Positions 19,132 through 28,745 are shown, counted from the stretch's first letter. The stretch is 64,000 nt of DNA from a bacterium (GCA_963675295.2 CAXXKJ010000002.1:2272001-2336000); one strand, 5' to 3'. Made by a program: numbers and translations. The notes: generated by a model not told the origin, from the sequence alone.

Positions 19132-20311
19132 TCTTTACTCCTTCACGGCTCCGTAGACGGAACAACTCAGCCACTTCCAACCCCCCGTGTCCAGCGTTTC
19201 CACAACCGAAAACAAATCCTTCCTCGCCGACTTCTTCGAAGAGGATGTCAAAGATTTCCTGTGACTTGCGCAGCCCGATTTTGCGAACTTTTTCCGCCGG
19301 AATGCCGTAGCGGCGCAAATGCGGTGTCAGCATGTCGGTACTTTCGCCCATGGAGACGAGGCGATCAAAGTCGATGCTGGTCCCGATCATCTCGACGAGC
19401 TGCACGCTGCGCGTAAAGCGATCAGCTCGTGTGTTCAGCAGCAGGACGCGTTTCCCAGGATTCGGGTACAGCTCCTGTATGCGTTGCCAGGTCATCAACG
19501 TTGACTCGGGATCGTTGGCGGCCATGGCGTTCAGGAAATGCAGCGTCTTGCCGTCCCGTTGGACGGTGAAGACACGAAGTGCGCCCGGATCGGGGAACGC
19601 CTGCGCCATGCCGCTGAGCGCGGTTTCACGATCGACGCCGAGGTGTTCGCAGACGGACAGCGCCAACGCGACGTTTGACGGATGCTCAATGTAGCTGAAA
19701 CGCCGCATATCTTCGATAGATACGGAAGATTCGGCAGAATAATGGATATCCGACTCGAGAGGCTTGGCACGTCCCTCGAAAACGCCCTTGATTTCAGCGT
19801 TCGGTTCATCCATGAACATCGGGGCTTTTACCGGAATCGTGTTCGCGAGTGAATTGGCGATTTTTTCCAGCGTTGCGCCCATTTCAAGGGTGTGGTCATG
19901 GCGTACATTGGTCATCACGCCGACGGTCGAGTGCACGAAGCGGTGCTCGCACATCCACTGGTAGGCCGGCTGAACCGCCATACATTCAACGACGACGGCT
20001 TTCGGACGGAATCGCGAGAAGAAGCGGAAGACCTTGATCTGTTCGATGATGTTGACGGGATGGAGCCGGATGATCGGAACTTCGAGGCCGTGTTGATTGA
20101 TGATACGGGGTTTGGTTCCGGTAACTTTGGCCATGGTGCGGACTCCACCCGCACGCAATCCCGCGGCGATGAGGCGAGTAACCGAACTCTTCCCACGAGT
20201 CCCGTTAACATGGATTCGGATGGGAATGGAGCGGACCCGATTTCGGTGGGTGACAAATTCGATCACACCGTAGGTGATCATGAATGTCACCAGCAAGCCT
20301 ATGACCAGCAT
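19124..20311 (-). CDS. pgsB: Poly-gamma-glutamate synthase PgsB/CapB (Mur/FolC-like amide ligase)
   Basis: N-terminal TM; IHVNGTRGKSSVTRLIAAGL P-loop, VVECMAVQP, DPGAL, AANDPEST. Confidence 0.95.
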   Translation of the reverse strand: MLVIGLLVTFMITYGVIEFVTHRNRVRSIPIRIHVNGTRGKSSVTRLIAAGLRAGGVRTMAKVTGTKPRIINQHGLEVPIIRLHPVNIIEQIKVFRFFSRFRPKAVVVECMAVQPAYQWMCEHRFVHSTVGVMTNVRHDHTLEMGATLEKIANSLANTIPVKAPMFMDEPNAEIKGVFEGRAKPLESDIHYSAESSVSIEDMRRFSYIEHPSNVALALSVCEHLGVDRETALSGMAQAFPDPGALRVFTVQRDGKTLHFLNAMAANDPESTLMTWQRIQELYPNPGKRVLLLNTRADRFTRSVQLVEMIGTSIDFDRLVSMGESTDMLTPHLRRYGIPAEKVRKIGLRKSQEIFDILFEEVGEEGFVFGCGNAGHGGLEVAELFRLRSREGVKNG

Positions 20312-20476
20312 GACCCCAGTGGCCTCGTGCGAGTTTCCCCGTCTCACAGCAGGGATGCAGAATGACTCTAAAGATCGTGAGCAGAACCCAAAAACGCAAG
20401 GTGTGCCCCGACATTCCCTGCGCCGGATAATAACGAGAATTGAACACGAAAGCAGGAAGAGCGGAGCCGTAATTTG

Positions 20477-21052
20477 ATGATGTTGTTGAAGAAACACCCG
20501 TGGACGCTTGCCTCTGCCTCTCCTCGGAGACTGGCGATCCTGCGTCAGGTGGGGATCGAGCCGGTGGTGCGTCCCGCGAATGTGGAAGAGCTTGAGAACG
20601 GTGGGGAGCCTGAATCGCTGTGTCTCGCCAACTCGCATCGGAAGCTGGATGCGATCAAGCCGGAGGTGGAATCCGGGTTTGTGCTGGCGGCGGACACGAT
20701 GGTGATCCTCGACGGAAACAGCCTTGGGAAACCGGAATCCGAGGATCATGCGTTGGAACTGTTGCGCTCATTACGTGGTCGAGACCACAAAGTACTTACA
20801 TCCTGGGTGTTACATTTACGCGAATCGAACCAGACGCTCGACGGGGTTGAAACGACTCGTGTCTGGATGCGGAACGTGAGCGATGCTGAGTTGCTGGAGT
20901 ACATTGCCACGGGTCACGCGCAGGACAAGGCGGGCGCTTATGGCATTCAGGGAGCGGCAGGCGCCTTTGTTGAGCGGATTGATGGGTGTTACTTTAACGT
21001 CGTCGGCTTGCCGCTTTCCCGTGTGATGGAAGCGGCGGGCAGATTATTATAA
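20477..21052 (+). CDS. maf: Maf-family nucleoside triphosphate pyrophosphatase
   Basis: LASASPRR, ADTMV, GKP, DKAGAYGIQG, NVVGLP. Confidence 0.95.
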   Translation: MMLLKKHPWTLASASPRRLAILRQVGIEPVVRPANVEELENGGEPESLCLANSHRKLDAIKPEVESGFVLAADTMVILDGNSLGKPESEDHALELLRSLRGRDHKVLTSWVLHLRESNQTLDGVETTRVWMRNVSDAELLEYIATGHAQDKAGAYGIQGAAGAFVERIDGCYFNVVGLPLSRVMEAAGRLL

Positions 21053-21094
21053 TGGCATGCACCACGTGGACGACCGGGAGAGAGGACGCCATTC

Positions 21095-22105
21095 ATGGCA
21101 GAACCGAAGTTCCAGGAGTCGAGACAGGAATTCTGCAAGGATCTGATCGCGGCGCGCGAGTACAAGGATATGGACCTGATGAAGGTCTCCGAGCGCACGA
21201 AAATCAGTCCGGACTATCTGTCGAAACTGGAAGCGGGTGACTGGGATTTCCTTCCCGGCAGCTACGTGCGCGCGTTCATGCGGACGTATGCGCAAACGGT
21301 CGGGCTTGATGTTGGCGAAGTGCTGGAGCGTTACGACAGGATTGTCGGCGTCGCACCGACTCCGCAACCGGCGATCAACATGGGCGAAGGTGGTGGTTCG
21401 CGGCGTCCGATCATCCCGGATACCGGGTCTTCGCGTTCACCGAAGTTCATGCTCGCGGATGACAGTTCCTCCGGCAGCAATTTTACTCTGACCAAACCGA
21501 TGTTGTACGGCGGCATCGCGGTTGCCGCAGTGATCGTGATTGTGCTGGTGTACTTCTTCCTGATCAAACCGGGCGGTGAAGATCGTTCGCAGAATGTGGA
21601 AGAGATTCCGTTCGACGAGGTGGTCCGGGAAAGCCAGATGGGGGACGATCCGGACGGCGCGCTCGCGGACAGCCTGGCGGAGGGAACGGTCACAAACGAT
21701 GGTGGCAGCGAGGCAGAGACAGCCGGCAATACACGGAACCAGGCCGCTACGCAACGCGAGGAACCGGTTGAAACGACCCGTGACGAGCCGGAAGAGGCCG
21801 TTGTCACGCCGGTCGGTGCGGGGAGCGGGTTGACGTTGACCGCCGAGGTGTCGCAGCCGTGTTACATGCGGGTGATCACCGATCATGATACGAGCAACGT
21901 GTTCGACACGATACTCAGCAGTGGCAATACTCGTGTGTTCGATGCGGATTCGGTGTTCCGGGTGGTGATCGGCAACACGAACGGGGTGGAGTTGCTGCTT
22001 AACGGGCGGCGGCTGCGCAACATCGGACAGCGGGGCCGGGTGGTCACGTTGACGATTGATCAAAACGGAATCCGTGAGGCCCAGGCGGGGAACCGGGAAT
22101 TGTGA
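21095..22105 (+). CDS. rodZ: RodZ-like protein (HTH + TM + DUF4115)
   Basis: TKISPDYLSKLEAG..LPGSYVRAFMRTYA HTH; single TM; C-terminal IGNTNGVELLLNG. Confidence 0.85.
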   Translation: MAEPKFQESRQEFCKDLIAAREYKDMDLMKVSERTKISPDYLSKLEAGDWDFLPGSYVRAFMRTYAQTVGLDVGEVLERYDRIVGVAPTPQPAINMGEGGGSRRPIIPDTGSSRSPKFMLADDSSSGSNFTLTKPMLYGGIAVAAVIVIVLVYFFLIKPGGEDRSQNVEEIPFDEVVRESQMGDDPDGALADSLAEGTVTNDGGSEAETAGNTRNQAATQREEPVETTRDEPEEAVVTPVGAGSGLTLTAEVSQPCYMRVITDHDTSNVFDTILSSGNTRVFDADSVFRVVIGNTNGVELLLNGRRLRNIGQRGRVVTLTIDQNGIREAQAGNREL

Positions 22106-22128
22106 TGGTCACCGGGATTGGAACCAAC

Positions 22129-22160
22129 AAAGCCGCCGGAGTGAATCCGGCGGCTTTTCT
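22129..22160. terminator. Terminator hairpin between convergent genes
   Basis: aaagccgccgga-gtgaa-tccggcggcttttct. Confidence 0.75.
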
Positions 22161-22203
22161 ACTCTCATCGTCCCGGGGGTGTGTCAACGGGGACGAGTAC
22201 GAA

Positions 22204-22821
22204 TCACTTGTAGAACTTGATGGAGCAGCCGACGGACTTGGTGGTCGACATTTTCATCGGCTGGCCGCTCAGGTGTGCGGTCATGGCGTCCTGGAGGTAC
22301 GTCGCCGAGACGGCGGACGCGTCCTGCGCGTTGTCGTCCAGCGCGCCGTGGTAGATCAGGGTGTCGTCGACGTCAAACAGAAAGAATTCCGGTGTGCGGG
22401 TCGCGCCGAAGGCCTTCGCCAGCTTCGAACCCTTGTCGACGACATACGGGTACATCATCCCGGCGTTCTTCGCACGCTTGACGTTGTGATCGAAACCGTC
22501 GTCTTTGTATTCGGTCGGGTCGTTGGCGTTGATCGCGATGACGCCAAAGCCGTCCTTGGTCGCCTTGTTGGCGAGTGCGACAGTGCGTTCTTCCCACGCC
22601 TTCACGTAGGGACAATGGTTGCAGGTGAAGATGACGAGGGTACCCTTGTCACCCTTGACTTCACCGATCGAGACCATGGCGCCGTCCACGTTCTTCATCT
22701 TCGCGTCCGACATCGGCAGAGCTGAGCCAATGCTGAGGGCGTCCGATGCGGAGGCCAGACTCGGCAGCACGAGGGCGGCGAGCAGCACAACTACAGGTAC
22801 GTTCCAATTACGAGCGGTCAT
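22204..22821 (-). CDS. Exported thioredoxin-fold (AhpC/TSA-like) protein
   Basis: Signal peptide; FTCNHCPYV, ATRTPEFF, YHGALDD, GCSIK. Confidence 0.9.
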   Translation of the reverse strand: MTARNWNVPVVVLLAALVLPSLASASDALSIGSALPMSDAKMKNVDGAMVSIGEVKGDKGTLVIFTCNHCPYVKAWEERTVALANKATKDGFGVIAINANDPTEYKDDGFDHNVKRAKNAGMMYPYVVDKGSKLAKAFGATRTPEFFLFDVDDTLIYHGALDDNAQDASAVSATYLQDAMTAHLSGQPMKMSTTKSVGCSIKFYK

Positions 22822-22874
22822 GACAAGACTCCGTTGCTTGGTATCGTATTGCTTTCTTTGTTCTCTGACAATTA

Positions 22875-23396
22875 TCAGCGGGTCAGCAGGTTTTCGACCT
22901 CTTCGTAGGTCAATTTGCCTTCCCACGTACGAATGACCGACCCATCCTTTGCGAATAGCACGCTGTACGGCAGTGCGCCCGACCAGTCGGGATCGATCGC
23001 GTTAATGAACTCGTTGTCCTTCTGATCTTTCAAGTACGTCTGAAAATCGACGCCCAGCGTTCCGAGAAACTCGGCGGCCTGATCCTTCTGCCTGGTGAAA
23101 TCCGCAGATACGAGCAGCAGTTTGAATCCATTGTCGCGGTGTACCTGGTACAATTTCAGCAGGTCGGGCATTTCTTCGCGGCACGGCTTGCACCAAGTCG
23201 CCCACATGTTCACCAGCACCGGTCCATCCTCATGGTCACGGACGAGTTCGAACACCTGATCGGCGTTGACCGGTTTCAGCTCCGGGGCAGGTTTTGTGTC
23301 CTGCGCTGATGATGTCGCCGGCAGCGACAGCAACGCAACCAGAACAATACCAACGACTATGATCAGGGGCGAGCGTCCCGCGTAACGTAGACCCAT
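22875..23396 (-). CDS. TlpA-family thiol-disulfide oxidoreductase
   Basis: Signal peptide; VNMWATWCKPCREEMP, WSGALP. Confidence 0.92.
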   Translation of the reverse strand: MGLRYAGRSPLIIVVGIVLVALLSLPATSSAQDTKPAPELKPVNADQVFELVRDHEDGPVLVNMWATWCKPCREEMPDLLKLYQVHRDNGFKLLLVSADFTRQKDQAAEFLGTLGVDFQTYLKDQKDNEFINAIDPDWSGALPYSVLFAKDGSVIRTWEGKLTYEEVENLLTR

Positions 23397-23563
23397 GCAG
23401 TTGTACCCGACAATTTTTTGGATTCCACACGTCAATGATATGATGGATACGTATGAACACGCAGTGGGTTTCGTGTGACTCGCAGGTGACGGGAGACAAT
23501 TCCCCGCAGGCGCTGCAAAACCCTTACGTTTCAAGCAGAGAGCAGGTCAGCGTACAGGAGCGT

Positions 23564-24499
23564 ATGTCCCCCTTTCTTCGTGTACTCCCGTTGTTCGCGG
23601 CGCTCGCATATGCGTGGGCGGCGATCTTCATCCGTTGGGCGGACCCCGCCGGGCCGTTGGCGATTGCGTTCTACCGGATGCTGGTCGCAACCGCTTTCTG
23701 GGCACCGATTTACCTGCTGAAACGGCGTAGAAAGAACCGTATCCCGCCAACCCGGCGGCAATGGGTGTACATGATCCTCGCCGGGATCTTCCTCTGCCTG
23801 CACTTTGCCACATGGACCAGCTCGCTGATGTACACGTCGGTGGCGTCCGCCGTGTTTCTGATCCTGACGCAACCGGTGATGGTCGCTGTGGCTGCGCATT
23901 TCATCCTCAAGGAACGATTGACTGGTCTGCACTGGATCGCACTGGCGCTGGCGGTGCTCGGTGCGGGGATCATTTTTGGCGGCGACATCTCGATTTCGCA
24001 GGACTACATCTTCGGTGACATCCTGGCGTTGATCGGCGCGTTCTTCGCGGGCGCGTACCTGTTCATGGCTCGGTTGACACGTCCTGATCAGGAAGACGGC
24101 ACTCCGGGTGTTCAACTGGCGTGCTACCTGGTGCCGGTGTATGGGTTGTCGGCGGTGGGGCTGTTGATCGTGACGCTCGCGTTCGGCGAGCCGTTGGGCC
24201 CGTTTCCGAAGGAGTCGTGGCTCGCGATGCTGGGTCTGGGGTTGGTGCCGACGGTGATCGGGCACAGCCTATTCAACTTCTCGCTGAAGCATTTGAGTGC
24301 GTTGCCGGTGAACATCGCGCTGGTGATCGAGCCGGTGGGGGCGAGCCTGCTGGCGATCGTGTTTTTCCAGGAAGCACCGTCCCAGGGCCTGCTGATTGGC
24401 TCTCCAATCCTGATCGTCTCCGTGGTGATGATCTTCCTCCGGCCACCGAAAACCCGCAAGGCCCTAGTTCCACCCGAAAGCGGTATCCCCGGAGCATGA
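23564..24499 (+). CDS. DMT/EamA family transporter
   Basis: About 10 TM in two repeats; LAIAFYRM, YTSVASA, GDILAL, GHSLFN, IEPVGA. Confidence 0.9.
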   Translation: MSPFLRVLPLFAALAYAWAAIFIRWADPAGPLAIAFYRMLVATAFWAPIYLLKRRRKNRIPPTRRQWVYMILAGIFLCLHFATWTSSLMYTSVASAVFLILTQPVMVAVAAHFILKERLTGLHWIALALAVLGAGIIFGGDISISQDYIFGDILALIGAFFAGAYLFMARLTRPDQEDGTPGVQLACYLVPVYGLSAVGLLIVTLAFGEPLGPFPKESWLAMLGLGLVPTVIGHSLFNFSLKHLSALPVNIALVIEPVGASLLAIVFFQEAPSQGLLIGSPILIVSVVMIFLRPPKTRKALVPPESGIPGA

Positions 24500-24581
24500 T
24501 CTCTGATCCGCCCGGATGAGTCATTTGTTCTGACCGGCAGCTTCGCTCCAGGAGCGGCCTCTCGTAGGTATGTCTAGCGGA

Positions 24582-24634
24582 GTTAGTTTATCCTAACAGA
24601 CTACCTTGCATTAGATATTAGTGTGTACTAACTT
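24582..24634 (+). promoter_or_regulatory. Two DtxR/MntR-type palindromes overlapping a sigma70-like promoter
   Basis: TTAG-tttatc-CTAA (24583-24596) and TTAG-tgtgta-CTAA (24618-24631); TTGCAT (24606-11) - 17 nt - TAACTT (24629-34). Confidence 0.7.
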
Positions 24635-24641
24635 TACGGCC

Positions 24642-25661
24642 ATGAAAAACAACACGAACAAGTTGAGCGGTCGGGAGAACCTGGTTGCCGGACCGCTGAG
24701 GAGCCTGGTTTCCGCGCTTGCGATACTCCTGCTGGCTGTGATGGTTGCGGGATGTGGCGCTGATCCGGGAGCGGAATTCCGTGTAGATGCGAGCATTAAG
24801 GTTGTCGCGACGACGGCGATGATCGCGGACGCTGCGCAGCATGTTGGTGGCGACCATGTCAGCGTGGTGGCGTTGATGGGGCCGGGCACCGACCCGCACC
24901 TGTACAACGCGAGTGCGGGGGATGTCGCGCGGATGCGAAACGCCGATGTGATCCTGTACAACGGGTTGCACCTGGAGGGAAAGCTCGACCGTGTTCTCGA
25001 GGCGGTGGAGCAGAGCAAGCACATCTTCGCGGTTGCCGAACGAATCCCGGAAGAATTGCGGTTGCATGCGGCGCCGGGGTCGCCGACGTATGATCCCCAC
25101 GTATGGTTCGACGTGAGCCGCTGGCGGTATGTCGTCGATGCCACGGAGGAGGCGTTTGTCGAACTGGACCCGGTTCACGAGGCGGAGTATCGGCTGAATG
25201 CGGCGGCTTTCCGTGATTCTCTCGCGAGCCTGGACGCGTGGATCCGGGACACGTTGTCGGTGGTGCCGGAGAAGCGGCGGGCGTTGATTACCGCGCATGA
25301 CGCGTTCGCGTATTTCGCGGATGCGTATGGCTTTGAGGTATATGGTCTGCAGGGAATCAGTACCGTCAGTGAGGCGGGCGCGGGCGACATGCGTCGAATC
25401 GCGGACTTGATCGCGGAGCGTGACATTCCGGCGATTTTCGTTGAATCCTCGGTGTCTTCGAAGGCGATTGAGGCGGTGCAGGCGGCGGTACGTGCACGGG
25501 GAAAACAGGTGGTGATCGGCGGCACGTTGTTCAGTGACGCGATGGGCCTGCCGGGCACGCCGGAAGGGACGTATCTCGGGATGGTGCGTCACAATGTGCG
25601 CACGATTGTGAGTAGTCTGATGCCGGATGGAGCAGCGGCAGCAACAGAGAGTGAACGATGA
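24642..25661 (+). CDS. troA: Mn/Zn/Fe ABC transporter substrate-binding lipoprotein (TroA/MntA-like)
   Basis: Lipobox VAGC; GPGTDPHLY, NGLHLEG, DPHVWFD, TAHDAF, LFSDAMG. Confidence 0.92.
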   Translation: MKNNTNKLSGRENLVAGPLRSLVSALAILLLAVMVAGCGADPGAEFRVDASIKVVATTAMIADAAQHVGGDHVSVVALMGPGTDPHLYNASAGDVARMRNADVILYNGLHLEGKLDRVLEAVEQSKHIFAVAERIPEELRLHAAPGSPTYDPHVWFDVSRWRYVVDATEEAFVELDPVHEAEYRLNAAAFRDSLASLDAWIRDTLSVVPEKRRALITAHDAFAYFADAYGFEVYGLQGISTVSEAGAGDMRRIADLIAERDIPAIFVESSVSSKAIEAVQAAVRARGKQVVIGGTLFSDAMGLPGTPEGTYLGMVRHNVRTIVSSLMPDGAAAATESER

Positions 25662-26527
25662 CCGAATCTACGGTTCAGGATACAACGAGCAAACTTGATC
25701 AGACTTCGGCGCTGGCGGTTGAGGTGAACGACCTGACGGTTGCCTACCGCAGCAAGCCGGTGTTGTGGGACGTGGACTTGAGTGTTCCGGCCGGCGTGTT
25801 GATGGCGATTCTCGGCCCGAACGGGGCGGGCAAGACGACGTTTCTGAAGTCGTTGCTCGGCCTGATTCCACCGGCGGCGGGGAAGGTGAAGATCCTCGGG
25901 CAACCGTACGCGAAGGTGCAGAAGCGAGTCGGCTATGTGCCGCAACGAGGCAGCGTGGACTGGGATTTTCCGACGACGGTGCTGGATGTGGTGACGATGG
26001 GTGTGTACGGGAAGATCGGCTGGTTGAAGCGTCCCGGGAAGGCGGATCGTACGGCGGCGATGGGGGCGTTGACGCGGGTCGGGATGGAGAATTTCGCCAC
26101 GCGTCAGATCAGCCAGCTCTCTGGCGGGCAGCAGCAGCGAGTGTTTCTCGCGCGGGCGTTGCTTCAGGATGCGGACATCTACTTCATGGATGAACCGTTC
26201 CAGGGAGTCGATGCGACGACGGAACGGGCGATCATCGCGATTCTGCAGGAGATCAAGGACGCGGGGAAGACGGTGATCGTGGTGCATCACGACCTGCAGA
26301 CGGTGGAGGAGTATTTCGACTGGGCGCTGTTGTTGAATGTGCGCGCGATTGCGAGCGGTCCGGTGAACGAGGTGTTCACCGGCGAGTTGCTGCGGCAGGC
26401 GTACGGCGGCAAGATCAGCTTCATTGAGGACATGCAGCGGTATCGGTTGGGCGAAGATGCCGCCGCGCTGCAGTCTAGTGCACGTGATTTGCCCCCATGG
26501 GAGAGCTGGGGTGGGGGTGAAGGGTGA
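25658..26527 (+). CDS. troB: Metal ABC transporter ATPase
   Basis: GPNGAGKT, GYVPQR, LSGGQQQR, FMDEP, VHHDL. Confidence 0.93.
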   Translation: MTESTVQDTTSKLDQTSALAVEVNDLTVAYRSKPVLWDVDLSVPAGVLMAILGPNGAGKTTFLKSLLGLIPPAAGKVKILGQPYAKVQKRVGYVPQRGSVDWDFPTTVLDVVTMGVYGKIGWLKRPGKADRTAAMGALTRVGMENFATRQISQLSGGQQQRVFLARALLQDADIYFMDEPFQGVDATTERAIIAILQEIKDAGKTVIVVHHDLQTVEEYFDWALLLNVRAIASGPVNEVFTGELLRQAYGGKISFIEDMQRYRLGEDAAALQSSARDLPPWESWGGGEG

Positions 26528-27636
26528 TGCTGCTGGACTGGTTCAGCGATTACACCCTGCGGACGGTGATCCTCGGTTCCGCGATTCTCGGTGCGACCAG
26601 CGGCGCGCTGGGCAGCTTTGCTGTGCTAAGACGGCAGGCACTGCTCGGGGATGCTGTCGCGCACTCGACATTGCCGGGCATCGTGCTCGCGTTTGTGTTG
26701 ACCGGGACGAAAACGTCACTGGTGCTGCTCATTGGCGCGGCGCTGACCGGTTGGCTGGCGACGCTGTTGATTCTGCTGATTTTGCGTCAAACACGGATCC
26801 GAGAGGACGCCGCGCTGGGGATCTCACTGTCGATTTTCTTCGGGCTGGGGATTGTGCTGATGTCGTGGGTGCAGCGCCAGCCGATTGAGCACAAGGCCGG
26901 GCTCGATCGGTTCCTGTTCGGGCAGGCGGCGGCGTTGATGCGGGAAGACGTGATCCTGATGAGCGTGCTCGCGGTGGTCATTCTGATCATGTTGCTGCTG
27001 TTCTGGAAGGAATTCAAGCTACTGTCCTTCAACCCGGAATACGCGCAGACACTGGGGTTGCCGGTACGGCGGCTGGACATTCTGCTGACGGGCCTGATCG
27101 TTGTCTCGATTGTGCTCGGGCTGCAGATGGTCGGCGTGGTGCTGATGAGCGCGATGTTGCTCGCGCCTGCCGCGGCGGCGCGTCAGTGGACGGACAAGCT
27201 GTCGAAGATGGTGCTGCTGTCGGCGTTGTTTGGCGCGGTTGCGGGGGCCATCGGGACGATCATCAGCTCGAGCGTCAGCCAGTTGCCGACGGGTCCGACG
27301 ATTATCGTGGTGGTCAGTGTGTTTGTGGTACTGTCGCTGTTTCTCGCGCCCGAACGTGGGCTGGCCTGGGAGTGGCGGCGGCGGTATGCACAGCGGCGCA
27401 GCTTCGCGGTGGAGACGGCGCTGGTCAACCTGTACCAGCTTGCGGCGCAGCACGGATCGGCACGTCACCCGCATGAAACCAGCGCGATTGAGGTGATGAT
27501 GGGCGAGCGTGCCCGGAAAGCGTTGCAATCGCTGCAAACTAAGGGCTGGGTGGAGGCGAGCGGCGCGGATCTGTGGTCGTTGACAGAAGATGGCGAGGAC
27601 AAGGCACGTCAATTGATGCTGAAGGAGATGCATTAA
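26524..27636 (+). CDS. troC: Metal ABC transporter permease with C-terminal wHTH-like tail
   Basis: LLGDAVAHSTLPG, EDAALG, PAAAARQWT, LPTGP; soluble tail ending LTEDGEDKA. Confidence 0.9.
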   Translation: MMLLDWFSDYTLRTVILGSAILGATSGALGSFAVLRRQALLGDAVAHSTLPGIVLAFVLTGTKTSLVLLIGAALTGWLATLLILLILRQTRIREDAALGISLSIFFGLGIVLMSWVQRQPIEHKAGLDRFLFGQAAALMREDVILMSVLAVVILIMLLLFWKEFKLLSFNPEYAQTLGLPVRRLDILLTGLIVVSIVLGLQMVGVVLMSAMLLAPAAAARQWTDKLSKMVLLSALFGAVAGAIGTIISSSVSQLPTGPTIIVVVSVFVVLSLFLAPERGLAWEWRRRYAQRRSFAVETALVNLYQLAAQHGSARHPHETSAIEVMMGERARKALQSLQTKGWVEASGADLWSLTEDGEDKARQLMLKEMH

Positions 27637-28745
27637 TGGACATCGCCTACCTCGAAATCCTGATTGTTGCTGTGCTGGTGACGACGGCGAGCGTGATCCC
27701 GGGCGTATTCCTCGTGCTTCGGCGGACGGCGATGCTGAGCGACGCGATCTCGCACTCGGTGCTGTTTGGCATTGTGATCGCGTTTCTCGTGGTGCAGGAC
27801 CTGAGCCACCCGGCGTTGATCGTCGGCGCGGCGGCAACGGGGATTTTGACCGTGGCGCTGGTCGAAATGCTGAACCGGACGGGTAAGGTGCATGGCGACA
27901 CGGCGATCGGGCTGGTGTTCCCGTTGCTGTTCAGCCTCGCGGTGATCATGATCAGCCGTTACGCGGGCAACGTGCACCTCGACACGGACGCGGTGCTTAG
28001 CGGAGATCTGGCGTTTGTTCCGTTCGACCGGCTGGTAATCGGAACCATGGATCTGGGGCCAAGATCGGCATGGTTGCTCGGCGGGATGCTGCTGCTCAAC
28101 CTGGCGTTCGTGCTCGTGTTCTACAAGGAGCTGAAGGTCTCGACATTCGACCCGGAACTTGCGGAAGCGCAGGGGTTCCGACCGAAGACGATGCAATACG
28201 CGTTAATGACGCTGGTGTCGTTGACCGTAGTCGCGGCGTTCCAGACGGTGGGTTCATTGCTGGTGATTGCGTTACTGATCGTGCCGGCGGCGACCTCGTA
28301 CCTGCTGACGGACAGGCTGTCGTGGATGCTGGTGATCGGTGTGATTGCGGGGATGATGTCGGCGGTGTTCGGGTTTGCTGGTGCGATCCAGCTGGACCTG
28401 TCGATATCGGGAAGTATTGTGGTTGCCGGGGGGATACTGTTCCTGCTCGCGCTGGTGATCGCACCGAAACGGGGACTGCTGTCGATGCTGCGGCTGCGAC
28501 GGAAGCAACGTGCCGACTTCGCGGGCAATCTGCTTGCTGTCCACCTGCTGAACCATCAGGGGACTGAGAAGGGGACGGAAACCTGCCAGTCGGAACTGTT
28601 GGCGGCCTCGTTGAACTGGGAGCCTGATTATGCGCAGCTGGCGTGCCGGAACCTACAGGGGCGGCGGTTGATCGAACGGGAGGATGGCGTCATCACGTTG
28701 ACGGAGAAAGGTGCGGAAGTCGCGCGCGCGACGATGATGTTGTGA
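27636..28745 (+). CDS. troD: Metal ABC transporter permease with C-terminal wHTH-like tail
   Basis: MLSDAISHSVLFG, HLDTDAVL, YKELKVSTFDP; tail ending LTEKGAEVA; TAATG coupling. Confidence 0.9.
   Translation: MDIAYLEILIVAVLVTTASVIPGVFLVLRRTAMLSDAISHSVLFGIVIAFLVVQDLSHPALIVGAAATGILTVALVEMLNRTGKVHGDTAIGLVFPLLFSLAVIMISRYAGNVHLDTDAVLSGDLAFVPFDRLVIGTMDLGPRSAWLLGGMLLLNLAFVLVFYKELKVSTFDPELAEAQGFRPKTMQYALMTLVSLTVVAAFQTVGSLLVIALLIVPAATSYLLTDRLSWMLVIGVIAGMMSAVFGFAGAIQLDLSISGSIVVAGGILFLLALVIAPKRGLLSMLRLRRKQRADFAGNLLAVHLLNHQGTEKGTETCQSELLAASLNWEPDYAQLACRNLQGRRLIEREDGVITLTEKGAEVARATMML

Noticed and set aside
20312-20749. Long N-terminal extension of pgsB in the ORF track (likewise for rnhB, punA, trmJ-like, VOC, envC-like and fumC)
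   Set aside because: The extensions overlap divergent genes or repeats and look non-coding; downstream starts fit family lengths.
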